A program made the translations under genes and the position numbers. DNA of 64,000 nucleotides from a virus, in the IMG/VR virus record IMGVR_UViG_3300005573_000001; one strand, 5' to 3'. The stretch's first letter is position 1. Each line of letters begins with the position of its first letter. Below, piece by piece: positions 1 to 8,234 of this stretch. The notes beneath the pieces were generated by a model. That model was not told the origin of the DNA. It saw only the letters and a list, made by a program, of their open reading frames with translations, and did no database searches.

Positions 1-537
1 TACAGCACAGTAACCGTGCCAGGAGTGTCTAATCCAGGCAACGCGGGCGTAGGGTTAGTTGGCGCAATAATCAACAAATCCCCGCTATCCGACAGCATAA
101 CGAACAAATCCCTTTCTAATAGTCTCATAAGCGACAGTTTACTGGGAACAGAAGATGCGTTAGCCCTGGCTCGAGTAGGAATTACAACCTTTACAAGGAC
201 AATCAGGAGAGGGATAGTCGTAGGGTATAGCGTTACTACCTTAGGTCTCGACAATATATTGGGCAGCATTAAGAATGTACGTATAGTAAATTCAACGGTA
301 CGCGACCTATCTAATGCCTATGACTATATTAGCAAGGAGTACCCCATAGTTGACTTGTCAACAGTAAGAGACGTCAACAAGGCCATCCTTGATAGGAAGC
401 TTAGCGACGGCACTATAGCCGACTATTCGTTCAAGGTGTACTCGCTCTCGGATGAACCAAACCATATCTACTCTGACATCAACATAGTACCATATGGGGA
501 GATAACACAAGTATCGGCTACTATCAAGGTATTATAG
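1..537 (+). CDS. Tail sheath-like protein, C-terminal part (5'-truncated by the window edge)
   Basis: Frame is open from base 1 (TAC AGC ACA GTA ACC GTG...). The sequence parallels the C-terminus of the sheath at 1153 (S-ITNK; NVRIVN vs TVRIVN; DINIVPYGEITQVSATI vs QLDIVPASETLRISTTI). Confidence 0.65.
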   Translation, partial: YSTVTVPGVSNPGNAGVGLVGAIINKSPLSDSITNKSLSNSLISDSLLGTEDALALARVGITTFTRTIRRGIVVGYSVTTLGLDNILGSIKNVRIVNSTVRDLSNAYDYISKEYPIVDLSTVRDVNKAILDRKLSDGTIADYSFKVYSLSDEPNHIYSDINIVPYGEITQVSATIKVL

Positions 538-544
538 GAGCACT

Positions 545-1099
545 ATGGAAGCACTAAATTATACGGGTTTTATGGAGCTGGTTAAGGCTCAGCTATACAA
601 AACCTTTGGCAGTAAGGCTGTTCAATTTACAGCCGCTTACCCTAAAAAGCCTCTAGATAATGTGCCAATCATAACTCACCACATGCAAGCGCGGCCCGCT
701 AAAGTTGGCAGAGACACTACAGAGCTTAAGGCAAGGCAGCGTACTAGTGAGTTAGTAGACGGCAAAGTCAAAGAGGTGTGGGGCAAACTCAAGGATGCAT
801 ACATAACCTTCGAAGTATGGTGCCAGAACGCAGAGGAAGCAGATAGGTGGGTTGAAATCTTTGAAACCTTTTTCGACGAGAATATCGGATATTTCAAACA
901 GAATGGTGTCGTTGAAATCACATGGATCGGCAATAACAGCGACCAGTCTACAGATCGCTGGGAAGTAGACCTAGTACATAGGTCAGTAGAGTATGTATGT
1001 AGATTTGAGACCACATATACTAAAGAATCTGAACCTATCGCAGGGGTAACGCCCGAAATAGTTCACCCACAACGAAGGTCCACCAAGATTCTAAGGTAA
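545..1099 (+). CDS. Putative tail completion/terminator-like structural protein
   Basis: 184 aa, SD TAGGAG overlapping the upstream stop. Sits immediately before the sheath gene and has an ITFEVW..NAEEAD beta/alpha pattern typical of tail completion proteins. Function inferred from synteny. Confidence 0.45.
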   Translation: MEALNYTGFMELVKAQLYKTFGSKAVQFTAAYPKKPLDNVPIITHHMQARPAKVGRDTTELKARQRTSELVDGKVKEVWGKLKDAYITFEVWCQNAEEADRWVEIFETFFDENIGYFKQNGVVEITWIGNNSDQSTDRWEVDLVHRSVEYVCRFETTYTKESEPIAGVTPEIVHPQRRSTKILR

Positions 1100-1152
1100 G
1101 CGCTGCAGATAAGCAGATTTACATAATCAACAAATAACAAGGAGGAAAAATT

Positions 1153-2616
1153 ATGACTTATAACAATCTTCCAGGAATTCATACACTCTTGAGAGATGGC
1201 GGACTAGTTATCGACAGGCCAGGCGCGCAAACACAGAGCGTCCTTATTATCGCATGTACTGGAACAGCTTTAACTGGCGAAGATACGCAAGAGTGTAAAC
1301 CTGTATGGGTGTCTAACGAAGCAGCATGGGAAAGGCAGGGCTTCGGGAGCGCGTCCATTAAAAATATTGCGTATACAGCCTGGAGGGAAGCTATTAATAC
1401 CGGATGTCAGGATGTAAGGGTGCTCACCGTATACGGAAACAACGGAGCAGACAAATATGAAAACCTGCACAAAGTATACAAGGGCCTCGAGGACTATGAC
1501 GTTGACATTATAGCACTTACGGGCGTTTACGCGGACGACGATGTTGGAAGCCCAACGTTCAATCAAGACTATGACCAAGTAGATTATTGTTCAGTCGGTG
1601 CTAATGAGGTAGACGTAGTAGGTGAAACGCCAGATGGTGACATTGACGGTACGAATACGGTCTTCACCTTGGCTCATACGCTGATTGTTCCAGGGTCAGT
1701 TGTACTCACGAAAACTACAGGAGGCACCTCGGTTACACTTGTCGAGGTCAACAACCTGACTGATGCGAGTGCAAACGCTTATAAGGTAAACTACATCGAC
1801 GGGTCTATCGAAGTCAAGACGGCACCGACCGACGATCCTGAACAGTCGCTTACAGTATCATATGCATACTACGACGCTACGAGGAGTTTTGCCGCACAGC
1901 TCAACGGGTTCCTGAACATAGTATCGCAGAGAACGAGCCAGACGCTTGGTGTAATCGCGTTGAAGCCTTCAGATGACAATGACCTTCTGACGGTAAGAGA
2001 TTACGTTGCCAACTTACCGACGCAGATATACAGTGGACTGCTCCAAGTCGTAGGCGGGCCCGAGTGCATTGCTAAGGATAATTCTGGGAATGCTTACGCT
2101 ACTAGCGGCGTAGCTTCCTATGCGGGTTTAATTAGTACGCTGTCCCCACAATCCGGCCCAGTATACAAGATACTGCCGGGCATCTTTGGACTCACGTATA
2201 CCCTTTCGCCAGCCCAGCAAAGCATCATACTTAATAAGAACATAGTATGTTTCATAATGAGGAATGGACAGGTAAGGGTTTTGGACGGGGTTACGACAGC
2301 CGGTGCCGATAGCGACTATAGACGTCTCACGACGGTAAGGATAGTCAACGAGTTGATTCAGGGGATACGTTCCATCGGAGAACCATTCATTGGCGAGCCG
2401 AACGACTTGCCACATAGAAACGCGCTTGACGCCAAGATCAAGGCCCTTAGCAAAGCCATGGTCAGCGCAGGTGCGCTTGCCGGCGCTTCGTGCGTAATCA
2501 AAGCCACTAACGAACAGGTAATCAACGGTAATATGGAAATTCAACTAGACATTGTACCGGCCAGCGAGACGTTGAGAATCTCTACAACGATCGCCCTAAG
2601 GCCGAGTATAGCCTAA
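1153..2616 (+). CDS. Contractile tail sheath protein
   Basis: 487 aa, strong SD AAGGAGG. N-terminal LPG, YAGLIS motif, C-terminal RRLTTVRIVNELIQGIRSIGEPFIGEPN...IQLDIVPASETLRI typical of the sheath C-terminal domain. Followed by the tube gene. Confidence 0.9.
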   Translation: MTYNNLPGIHTLLRDGGLVIDRPGAQTQSVLIIACTGTALTGEDTQECKPVWVSNEAAWERQGFGSASIKNIAYTAWREAINTGCQDVRVLTVYGNNGADKYENLHKVYKGLEDYDVDIIALTGVYADDDVGSPTFNQDYDQVDYCSVGANEVDVVGETPDGDIDGTNTVFTLAHTLIVPGSVVLTKTTGGTSVTLVEVNNLTDASANAYKVNYIDGSIEVKTAPTDDPEQSLTVSYAYYDATRSFAAQLNGFLNIVSQRTSQTLGVIALKPSDDNDLLTVRDYVANLPTQIYSGLLQVVGGPECIAKDNSGNAYATSGVASYAGLISTLSPQSGPVYKILPGIFGLTYTLSPAQQSIILNKNIVCFIMRNGQVRVLDGVTTAGADSDYRRLTTVRIVNELIQGIRSIGEPFIGEPNDLPHRNALDAKIKALSKAMVSAGALAGASCVIKATNEQVINGNMEIQLDIVPASETLRISTTIALRPSIA

Positions 2617-2638
2617 GGAAAGGTAAGGAGAAAGAACT

Positions 2639-3259
2639 ATGCCACAGTCCCAATATACGAGAAGTTATACGTCGTTTGGCGGCGTAGACATTGTAGCGAC
2701 ATTCAACGGAAGAGTCATCGGAGAACTCCAGGCTATTACATACTCTGTTACCAGAGAAAAAGCGCCTATCTACACAATGGGCAGCCCCGACCCGAGGTCT
2801 TTCAGCAGAGGCAAGCGCGGCATCGCGGGCAGCCTAGTATTTACTGTACTCGATAGGGATGCCTTCTACAACCTTAAGGGCGAGGCCGCAACCTTTTATA
2901 CGGCATATGCCAACACTTACGATCCGTCTCAGACAGAGGCCGGAATCTACGTACCGAGATACGTGTATACAGAGGGCGGATGGACTAACCTCATGCAATC
3001 GAGGGTAGGCGACGGGGTAACAAACCCGGCGTTGGCAAACTTGTTCTCGGCATCGGAAGCTATATACGCAGATCAGATCCCGCCATTCGACATAACGATT
3101 ACAATGCAGAATGAGTACGGCCAGGCGGCGAGATTGAGCATCTACGGTGTAGAAATCCTGAACGAAGGCTCTGGAATGAGCATCGACGATCTTACAACGG
3201 AAAAGGCGTGCACTTATGTTGCACGTGGTTTGTCACATTTGACACCAGTAACGCAGTAA
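2639..3259 (+). CDS. Major tail tube protein
   Basis: 206 aa directly after sheath. SFGGVDIVATF...GELQAITYSVTREKAPIYTMGSPDPRSFSRGKRGIAGSLVF...PPFDITIT...GVEILNEG pattern of tube proteins. Followed by a hairpin terminator, as expected for a highly expressed gene. Confidence 0.8.
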   Translation: MPQSQYTRSYTSFGGVDIVATFNGRVIGELQAITYSVTREKAPIYTMGSPDPRSFSRGKRGIAGSLVFTVLDRDAFYNLKGEAATFYTAYANTYDPSQTEAGIYVPRYVYTEGGWTNLMQSRVGDGVTNPALANLFSASEAIYADQIPPFDITITMQNEYGQAARLSIYGVEILNEGSGMSIDDLTTEKACTYVARGLSHLTPVTQ

Positions 3260-3281
3260 CACGTGGTTTTACACGAAAGGC

Positions 3282-3314
3282 AGGGCGAGGTTTAATTTAT
3301 CTCGCCCTTTATTA
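3282..3314 (+). terminator. Probable intrinsic terminator/attenuator after the sheath-tube genes
   Basis: Inverted repeat AGGGCGAGGT (3282-3291) / ATCTCGCCCT (3299-3308) with one G-U pair, followed by a short T-rich tail (TTATT). Confidence 0.6.
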
Positions 3315-3328
3315 TATCGAGGGAAACT

Positions 3329-3679
3329 ATGAAAAGTTACACAGCAGAGTACAAGGCGGGGCCGCAGAGTGAAATCCTCGCTAAATTAGGCAACTTCGTA
3401 TTCGGAGAAATCAGCAGCATAAAGTTCCAGCTTATGGAGAATGGAGCCGTAGGAGAGCTATGCTTCAAGGTAATATACAAGGAACTAATCGAGAACGATA
3501 TTATGCCTATGTTCGATATATGTATCTTCACCGAAGACTCCGGGACAATCTATCAATGCCACCTAAATAACGTAATGCTTAGTTGCGGTAAGACCGTAAC
3601 AACGAACGAAGTAGGGTGTGGGCAAAACTACGTCTTTGCCGCACTTGAAGCCGAATATACACCAACGCATAGGGGGTAA
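3329..3679 (+). CDS. Short, divergent tail tube paralog
   Basis: 116 aa. Keeps VFGEISSIKF, GELCFKV and DIMPMFDICI, matching VIGELQAITY, GSLVFTV and DQIPPFDITI of the tube. Confidence 0.55.
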   Translation: MKSYTAEYKAGPQSEILAKLGNFVFGEISSIKFQLMENGAVGELCFKVIYKELIENDIMPMFDICIFTEDSGTIYQCHLNNVMLSCGKTVTTNEVGCGQNYVFAALEAEYTPTHRG

Positions 3680-3685
3680 GACATA

Positions 3686-4963
3686 ATGCAGTCTGCCTAT
3701 AGTAAAACATATAGCACCTTCTCTGGTGCAGACATAGTAGCCACCATCACACTGCCCGGCGGAAAACCCGTAGTGCTAGGCGAAATACAAACTATCTCCT
3801 ATAGTATACATAGGGATAAGTTTCCAGCACGCACCTTAGGACGTATTAACCCTAAGGGGTATTGTTTGCCAGAGTCAGAGCGTGTATACGTAAGAGAAAA
3901 GGGATACGTCTCAATCAAGGACGTAGAAGTCGGCGACAGTATACAAATAGATGTCCATGGATTTGGCAGCGTTGTAAACAAGTACGACAATGGGATTAAA
4001 CCATGTTATCGCCTTGAGTTAGAGAATGGATACCACCTTACTGCAAGTTATGACCACCGTATAATGACCCAGAACGGGTGGAAAGAAATGCAGGACATCA
4101 ATATTGGCGACCGCATATATGTGTGTACGTCGACACCCTCGCCCGACGATGCGCCCCTTAGCGATGATATGCTGCTTACGGTGGCGGGCTTTATAAATCC
4201 CGAGAATGAATGCGAGCACATCCCACAGGAACTGCTCAGAAACCTTAGTAAGCGACAGGTAGAAGTATTCTTGAACGGGCTTCTTCACACCGTCCCATAT
4301 TGCACAAAGTCTAAACGGCTCGCCGAGGACATAAGGTTTCTGCTTTCTAAGATTAGCATGGAGTGCAAGATAGAAGGAGAGTGTAGTATTACCGACATCA
4401 AGCCGCCGGCAGACACCTTTAGGGTAGTAACTGGCATCGCGCCTGCCGGAGAGCAACGCGTCTACGATATAACCGTAGATAACGTGCATAGCTTTATATG
4501 CAACCACATACTCGTCCATAACTCATATGGCGGCAGGACTATAGGGGGTTCGCTCATATTCACGGTCTTTAACAAGAATGTTCTAAAGTCTGTAATAGAA
4601 GAAGCATTCAGTAGTAACGCGTTAGGACAACTGGACTTTAGCAAGTTCAACAATAACGAGGAAGAGTACCTTATCAACGAGATGTACTACAGGATGTTGG
4701 CTGACGAAATGCCCCCGTTCGACGTCACAATTACCTTTGCCAACGAATATGGAAATACGGCTCAGCTCACAATCTCCGGGGTAACTATAATAGACGAAGG
4801 ACAAGTAATGTCTATAGAAGATATGGTAACCGAGAATACGATGTCATACCAGGCCCTTGACATAACTCCGATGCTGGAGTTAGGGCAGCTTTCTTTCAGC
4901 GAGAACAATGGACTCTATATGACCAAATTCACACCGTATATCCCATTCGATATGAAAGATTAA
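3686..4963 (+). CDS. Tail tube paralog (tube initiator-like) interrupted by an intein
   Basis: The exteins (aa 1-59 and 280-425) align with the 2639 tube protein (TFSGADIVAT, GEIQTISYS, GGSLIFTV, DEMPPFDVTIT). Confidence 0.85.
   Translation: MQSAYSKTYSTFSGADIVATITLPGGKPVVLGEIQTISYSIHRDKFPARTLGRINPKGYCLPESERVYVREKGYVSIKDVEVGDSIQIDVHGFGSVVNKYDNGIKPCYRLELENGYHLTASYDHRIMTQNGWKEMQDINIGDRIYVCTSTPSPDDAPLSDDMLLTVAGFINPENECEHIPQELLRNLSKRQVEVFLNGLLHTVPYCTKSKRLAEDIRFLLSKISMECKIEGECSITDIKPPADTFRVVTGIAPAGEQRVYDITVDNVHSFICNHILVHNSYGGRTIGGSLIFTVFNKNVLKSVIEEAFSSNALGQLDFSKFNNNEEEYLINEMYYRMLADEMPPFDVTITFANEYGNTAQLTISGVTIIDEGQVMSIEDMVTENTMSYQALDITPMLELGQLSFSENNGLYMTKFTPYIPFDMKD
3863..4522 (+). mobile_element. 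Intein (220 aa) with degenerate homing endonuclease remnant
   Basis: Block A CLPESERV, block B TASYDHRI, block F VYDITV, block G ILVHN followed by Ser+1. Removing it restores GRINPKGY|SYGGRTIGGSL, collinear with tube GSPDPRSFSRGKRGIAGSL. Internal FLNGLL...SKRLAEDIRFLLSKI resembles decayed LAGLIDADG blocks E/H. Confidence 0.93.
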
Positions 4964-4983
4964 CCTAATGGAGGAAGCAGCCA

Positions 4984-7191
4984 ATGCAGTACTATTCCCC
5001 ATACGCCAGATCGATAGAATACAAGAATAGCTCTAAGATTGAGACATCACAAGGTGTTATCAGCGGCGGCACTACTAATCACTTCAGATATGGACCAGAA
5101 TATTTTAGCGGTACCAATGCATACATCTACTTCGGCGACATATTAGTCGACGAGATATTCTCGTTACAATTCACACTAACCGAACAAGTCCAACCTATAT
5201 ATGGATACAACTCATATACAGCCGATGCGTGGGCATATGGGCAACGGCTGATCCAGGGTACATTCGACATATACTATAGGGATTCCGGGTATATCTTTAT
5301 CCTACTTGAGGAAGTAAAGAAAAGATATGATGCAGGAAAGGTAAGCACTAGTTTCTTTAGTGCCATAGAGTCACCAGAGGAAATGACGCTGGAAGCCCTG
5401 CTTGCCGCAGCCGCCCAAGGCGACAGCAAGGCGTTCGATAAGATTGCCAGCCAGTTCGAATCGATGTTATGGGGTAATGCCGTAGCCGACCCTGTCTTCA
5501 ACGACAGGAATATGTACGCACACAACAACCCATATTTTTATTCAACTAGGAACTTTAATAGCTTGCAAAAAGCCGGGTTTGATGTTATAATAACGTATGG
5601 GAGCGAAGCTAAGAAACAGATACAGGAGAAGACAAAGCTTGACTCAAGGTTTCAGCCAGTTACGGCTATAGAGACTATAAACGGGGTCAGGCTGCAGGCA
5701 GTCGATAAAATCATAGACGCTACGGGAACTCCAATCTTTGAGCGCTATACATTTCTAGCGGAAGACTTAAACCGTTCCATCAGGGCAACCTCTGGAAGTA
5801 CCCAGAGCTCTCAGAATACCGATAATACGTACAAGGAAGCACTCAAACCACAAACCACGCCTTACACCAAGGTGTCCAAGGGTACAACTGGAGCATGGGC
5901 TGAATTGGCCGAGGCAACGCTTAACGAAATCCTATGCAACGAGATATACGCATGCAGTAAGGATAAGAACTATACTTCGGAAATGCTCACAGCCCTAGGT
6001 AGCAGCCCATACAAAGTCCTGCCAATCGACGGTTCATTCGGAGATAAAGACGTAACATATACAAAGGCTATGAGCAAGTATTTTGCAACCATATATGGTT
6101 CCGGGTCGTTATATGGTGGCAATGGATATTTTGACGACACCACTTGGTCTGTCTGTAAGCAACGCAATATAGACTCGCTAGCCAAGGATGCCACCATGCC
6201 GATAACGGGCATAGGCGACATTCAATATATACCCCCTATGGCAAGGGGCAGCAAGGGATATTATGCAACAAAGCTGCAGAATGCCATCAATGCATGGGTA
6301 GACATGGTTCTTACCAACAACGCGATAGGGTCAATCTCAATGCAAAAGTTCCTTAGTGAACTGGATAAAGCCGGGCTAGGTAACACCTTTACTACTTCAT
6401 GTAAAGTGAAGGTCGACGGAGACTTTGGCACAGGAACTGCAACGGCGCTCAAGAAAGTTTATATATGGCTGAAGACCTTTGGCGCACTCAGCTATGCTTC
6501 CTTGGTAGATAAGGAAAAGGTATGGGGGGATTCGCTGGAGAAGTCTGCGGCTAAGTACCTTGGACAATATCTAACCAACGTATCACTTAATATGAGCAAC
6601 TCCGCTACAGTAACTACGGTACAGGCTGCACTCAACGAATGGGCAGACGCCCATAATAGGGAAGGCGGCAAGTATGCGCTTGTTCCGATTACCGGCAAGT
6701 ATGACGACAAGACTAAAGCACTACTGACATCATTTAAGACTAGCCTAAATATAACAGACCCAACCCCATGTGGGGAGTCAACATACGAGAAACTCAAAGC
6801 TTATATATATGACTATGAGCATAATATGGATACAATCAAAGATAACCCCTTTAGAATCCCGCCTATGGCTAACGGTAGTAAGGGTAAATTTGTTGTCTCC
6901 CTGCAGAATATCATTAATTCCTACTTCACCGCAATAGGCGGAAAGATAGACTACATAAACACGGAGGCCCTAGAAAATGGTTATAAGGCCCTTCCGGCAA
7001 GCAGGAGTATAACAGTAGACGGTACTTACAGTGCTACTGTAGCAGACATTATAGAGACGTTATCCTGGTATTACGTCAACAGTGAACACGAAGTACACAA
7101 AATAGCCGCGTCCGATATGGGCAACGGCGGAAATAACAAGGATATTTGTAGAGCCCTCATTGAGAAGCTCTACTATGAAATTAATCTATAG
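4984..7191 (+). CDS. Tube-like baseplate protein with C-terminal peptidoglycan-binding-like repeats
   Basis: N-terminal tube-family motif (YFSG..YFGDILVDEI..QF...PIYGYNS...GQRLIQGTF). The C-terminal half has about four G-S-x-G...LQ..LN...DG-x-[FY] units resembling PG_binding_1. Confidence 0.65.
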   Translation: MQYYSPYARSIEYKNSSKIETSQGVISGGTTNHFRYGPEYFSGTNAYIYFGDILVDEIFSLQFTLTEQVQPIYGYNSYTADAWAYGQRLIQGTFDIYYRDSGYIFILLEEVKKRYDAGKVSTSFFSAIESPEEMTLEALLAAAAQGDSKAFDKIASQFESMLWGNAVADPVFNDRNMYAHNNPYFYSTRNFNSLQKAGFDVIITYGSEAKKQIQEKTKLDSRFQPVTAIETINGVRLQAVDKIIDATGTPIFERYTFLAEDLNRSIRATSGSTQSSQNTDNTYKEALKPQTTPYTKVSKGTTGAWAELAEATLNEILCNEIYACSKDKNYTSEMLTALGSSPYKVLPIDGSFGDKDVTYTKAMSKYFATIYGSGSLYGGNGYFDDTTWSVCKQRNIDSLAKDATMPITGIGDIQYIPPMARGSKGYYATKLQNAINAWVDMVLTNNAIGSISMQKFLSELDKAGLGNTFTTSCKVKVDGDFGTGTATALKKVYIWLKTFGALSYASLVDKEKVWGDSLEKSAAKYLGQYLTNVSLNMSNSATVTTVQAALNEWADAHNREGGKYALVPITGKYDDKTKALLTSFKTSLNITDPTPCGESTYEKLKAYIYDYEHNMDTIKDNPFRIPPMANGSKGKFVVSLQNIINSYFTAIGGKIDYINTEALENGYKALPASRSITVDGTYSATVADIIETLSWYYVNSEHEVHKIAASDMGNGGNNKDICRALIEKLYYEINL

Positions 7192-7200
7192 GAGTAGAAT

Positions 7201-7626
7201 ATGGCAAAGAAATCACCATTGATTCCAGAAGAAGAAGTAACTGCAACTCCGATGGTTACACCAGAGGATGACACGGCCTTCTACAATGAGAAGGGGGAGG
7301 AACTGCTGTTCCAAAACGGCCCGACGCTTACCGAAGTCGAAGAGTGGAAGCGCAGGTATACTAACATATATGTTACCGACTTTGAGAACGGTGACGTATA
7401 TATATACAGGCCACTTACACGCAAGGAATGGAAAGAGATACGCAACATACAGAATGCCGACCAGCTTTACCAAGAAGAGCGTATATGCGACACAGCCGTA
7501 ATATGGCCCAAGACAGATATAAACAAGTTTAGGATTCATGGGCCTGCGGGAGTTCCTACGGTTCTCGCCGAGCAAATACTTGAAATATCTGGGTTCATTC
7601 CTAACGTATCCGGCGTAAAACTATAA
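7201..7626 (+). CDS. Tail assembly chaperone 1
   Basis: 141 aa, acidic, located between tube genes and tape measure. YIYRPLTRKEW...ICD..VIWP...AGVP..LAEQILEISGF. Confidence 0.65.
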   Translation: MAKKSPLIPEEEVTATPMVTPEDDTAFYNEKGEELLFQNGPTLTEVEEWKRRYTNIYVTDFENGDVYIYRPLTRKEWKEIRNIQNADQLYQEERICDTAVIWPKTDINKFRIHGPAGVPTVLAEQILEISGFIPNVSGVKL

Positions 7627-7645
7627 AGTGTAGGGAGGTAACTTT

Positions 7646-8230
7646 ATGACCTCTCGAGAACTTCTCCTCTCCAGAATCCCAGAATCAAAACTAGCCGAGT
7701 GGCTGGAAAAGTATAGGGATATATTTATCGTGGAGAGCGGAGAATACGCTTACATGTGTAGGCCTATCTCGTATGCGTCTCTCATGTTGATAGACAAATT
7801 CGGCGGCGATGACAGCGCTAAAGAGGATGCTATCTGCGCAGAATGTGTCCTTTACCCACCGATAGAAAACGTTAACAACCTCCCAGCTGGTATTCCGACA
7901 GCTATCGCCCGTAGCGTACTAGAGCGATCATGTTTCCTAAGTGAAAAGTATGCAGAGGAAATACTGAAGGAATTTAGGGAGGATATGAAAAAGGCTATCA
8001 ATCAGTTCATCGCCGTCACTGCGTATGCCTTCAAGATAGACATGGAGGAACTGGAGGAATGGCCAATAAATAAGCTTATCAAGTACTATACCCGTGCCGA
8101 GTGGATACTGCAGCAAATTTATGGCGGCGGGGAACAGAGTACACGGCAGGAAGGTAGTATAGAAGACTTCCCAGAGCTCAAGGCAGAGCAGGCTTTTTTA
8201 AGCGGAAAGTTGCACCCAAAGAAAGGGTAG
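7646..8230 (+). CDS. Tail assembly chaperone 2 (paralog of 7201 with C-terminal extension)
   Basis: Own SD GGGAGG. YMCRPIS...ICAECVLYP...AGIPTAIARSVLERSCF mirrors chaperone 1. Immediately precedes the tape measure. Confidence 0.65.
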   Translation: MTSRELLLSRIPESKLAEWLEKYRDIFIVESGEYAYMCRPISYASLMLIDKFGGDDSAKEDAICAECVLYPPIENVNNLPAGIPTAIARSVLERSCFLSEKYAEEILKEFREDMKKAINQFIAVTAYAFKIDMEELEEWPINKLIKYYTRAEWILQQIYGGGEQSTRQEGSIEDFPELKAEQAFLSGKLHPKKG

Positions 8231-8234
8231 GCGG

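Noticed and set aside
3222-3269. 10-bp direct repeat CACGTGGTTT around the tube stop codon, plus TTGACA at 3239
   Set aside because: Too short to support a function, and no -10 hexamer at the proper spacing.
7600-7650. Programmed G/GT-type frameshift between the chaperone genes
   Set aside because: No slippery heptamer at the end of gene 1, and an in-frame TAG at 7631 precedes gene 2.
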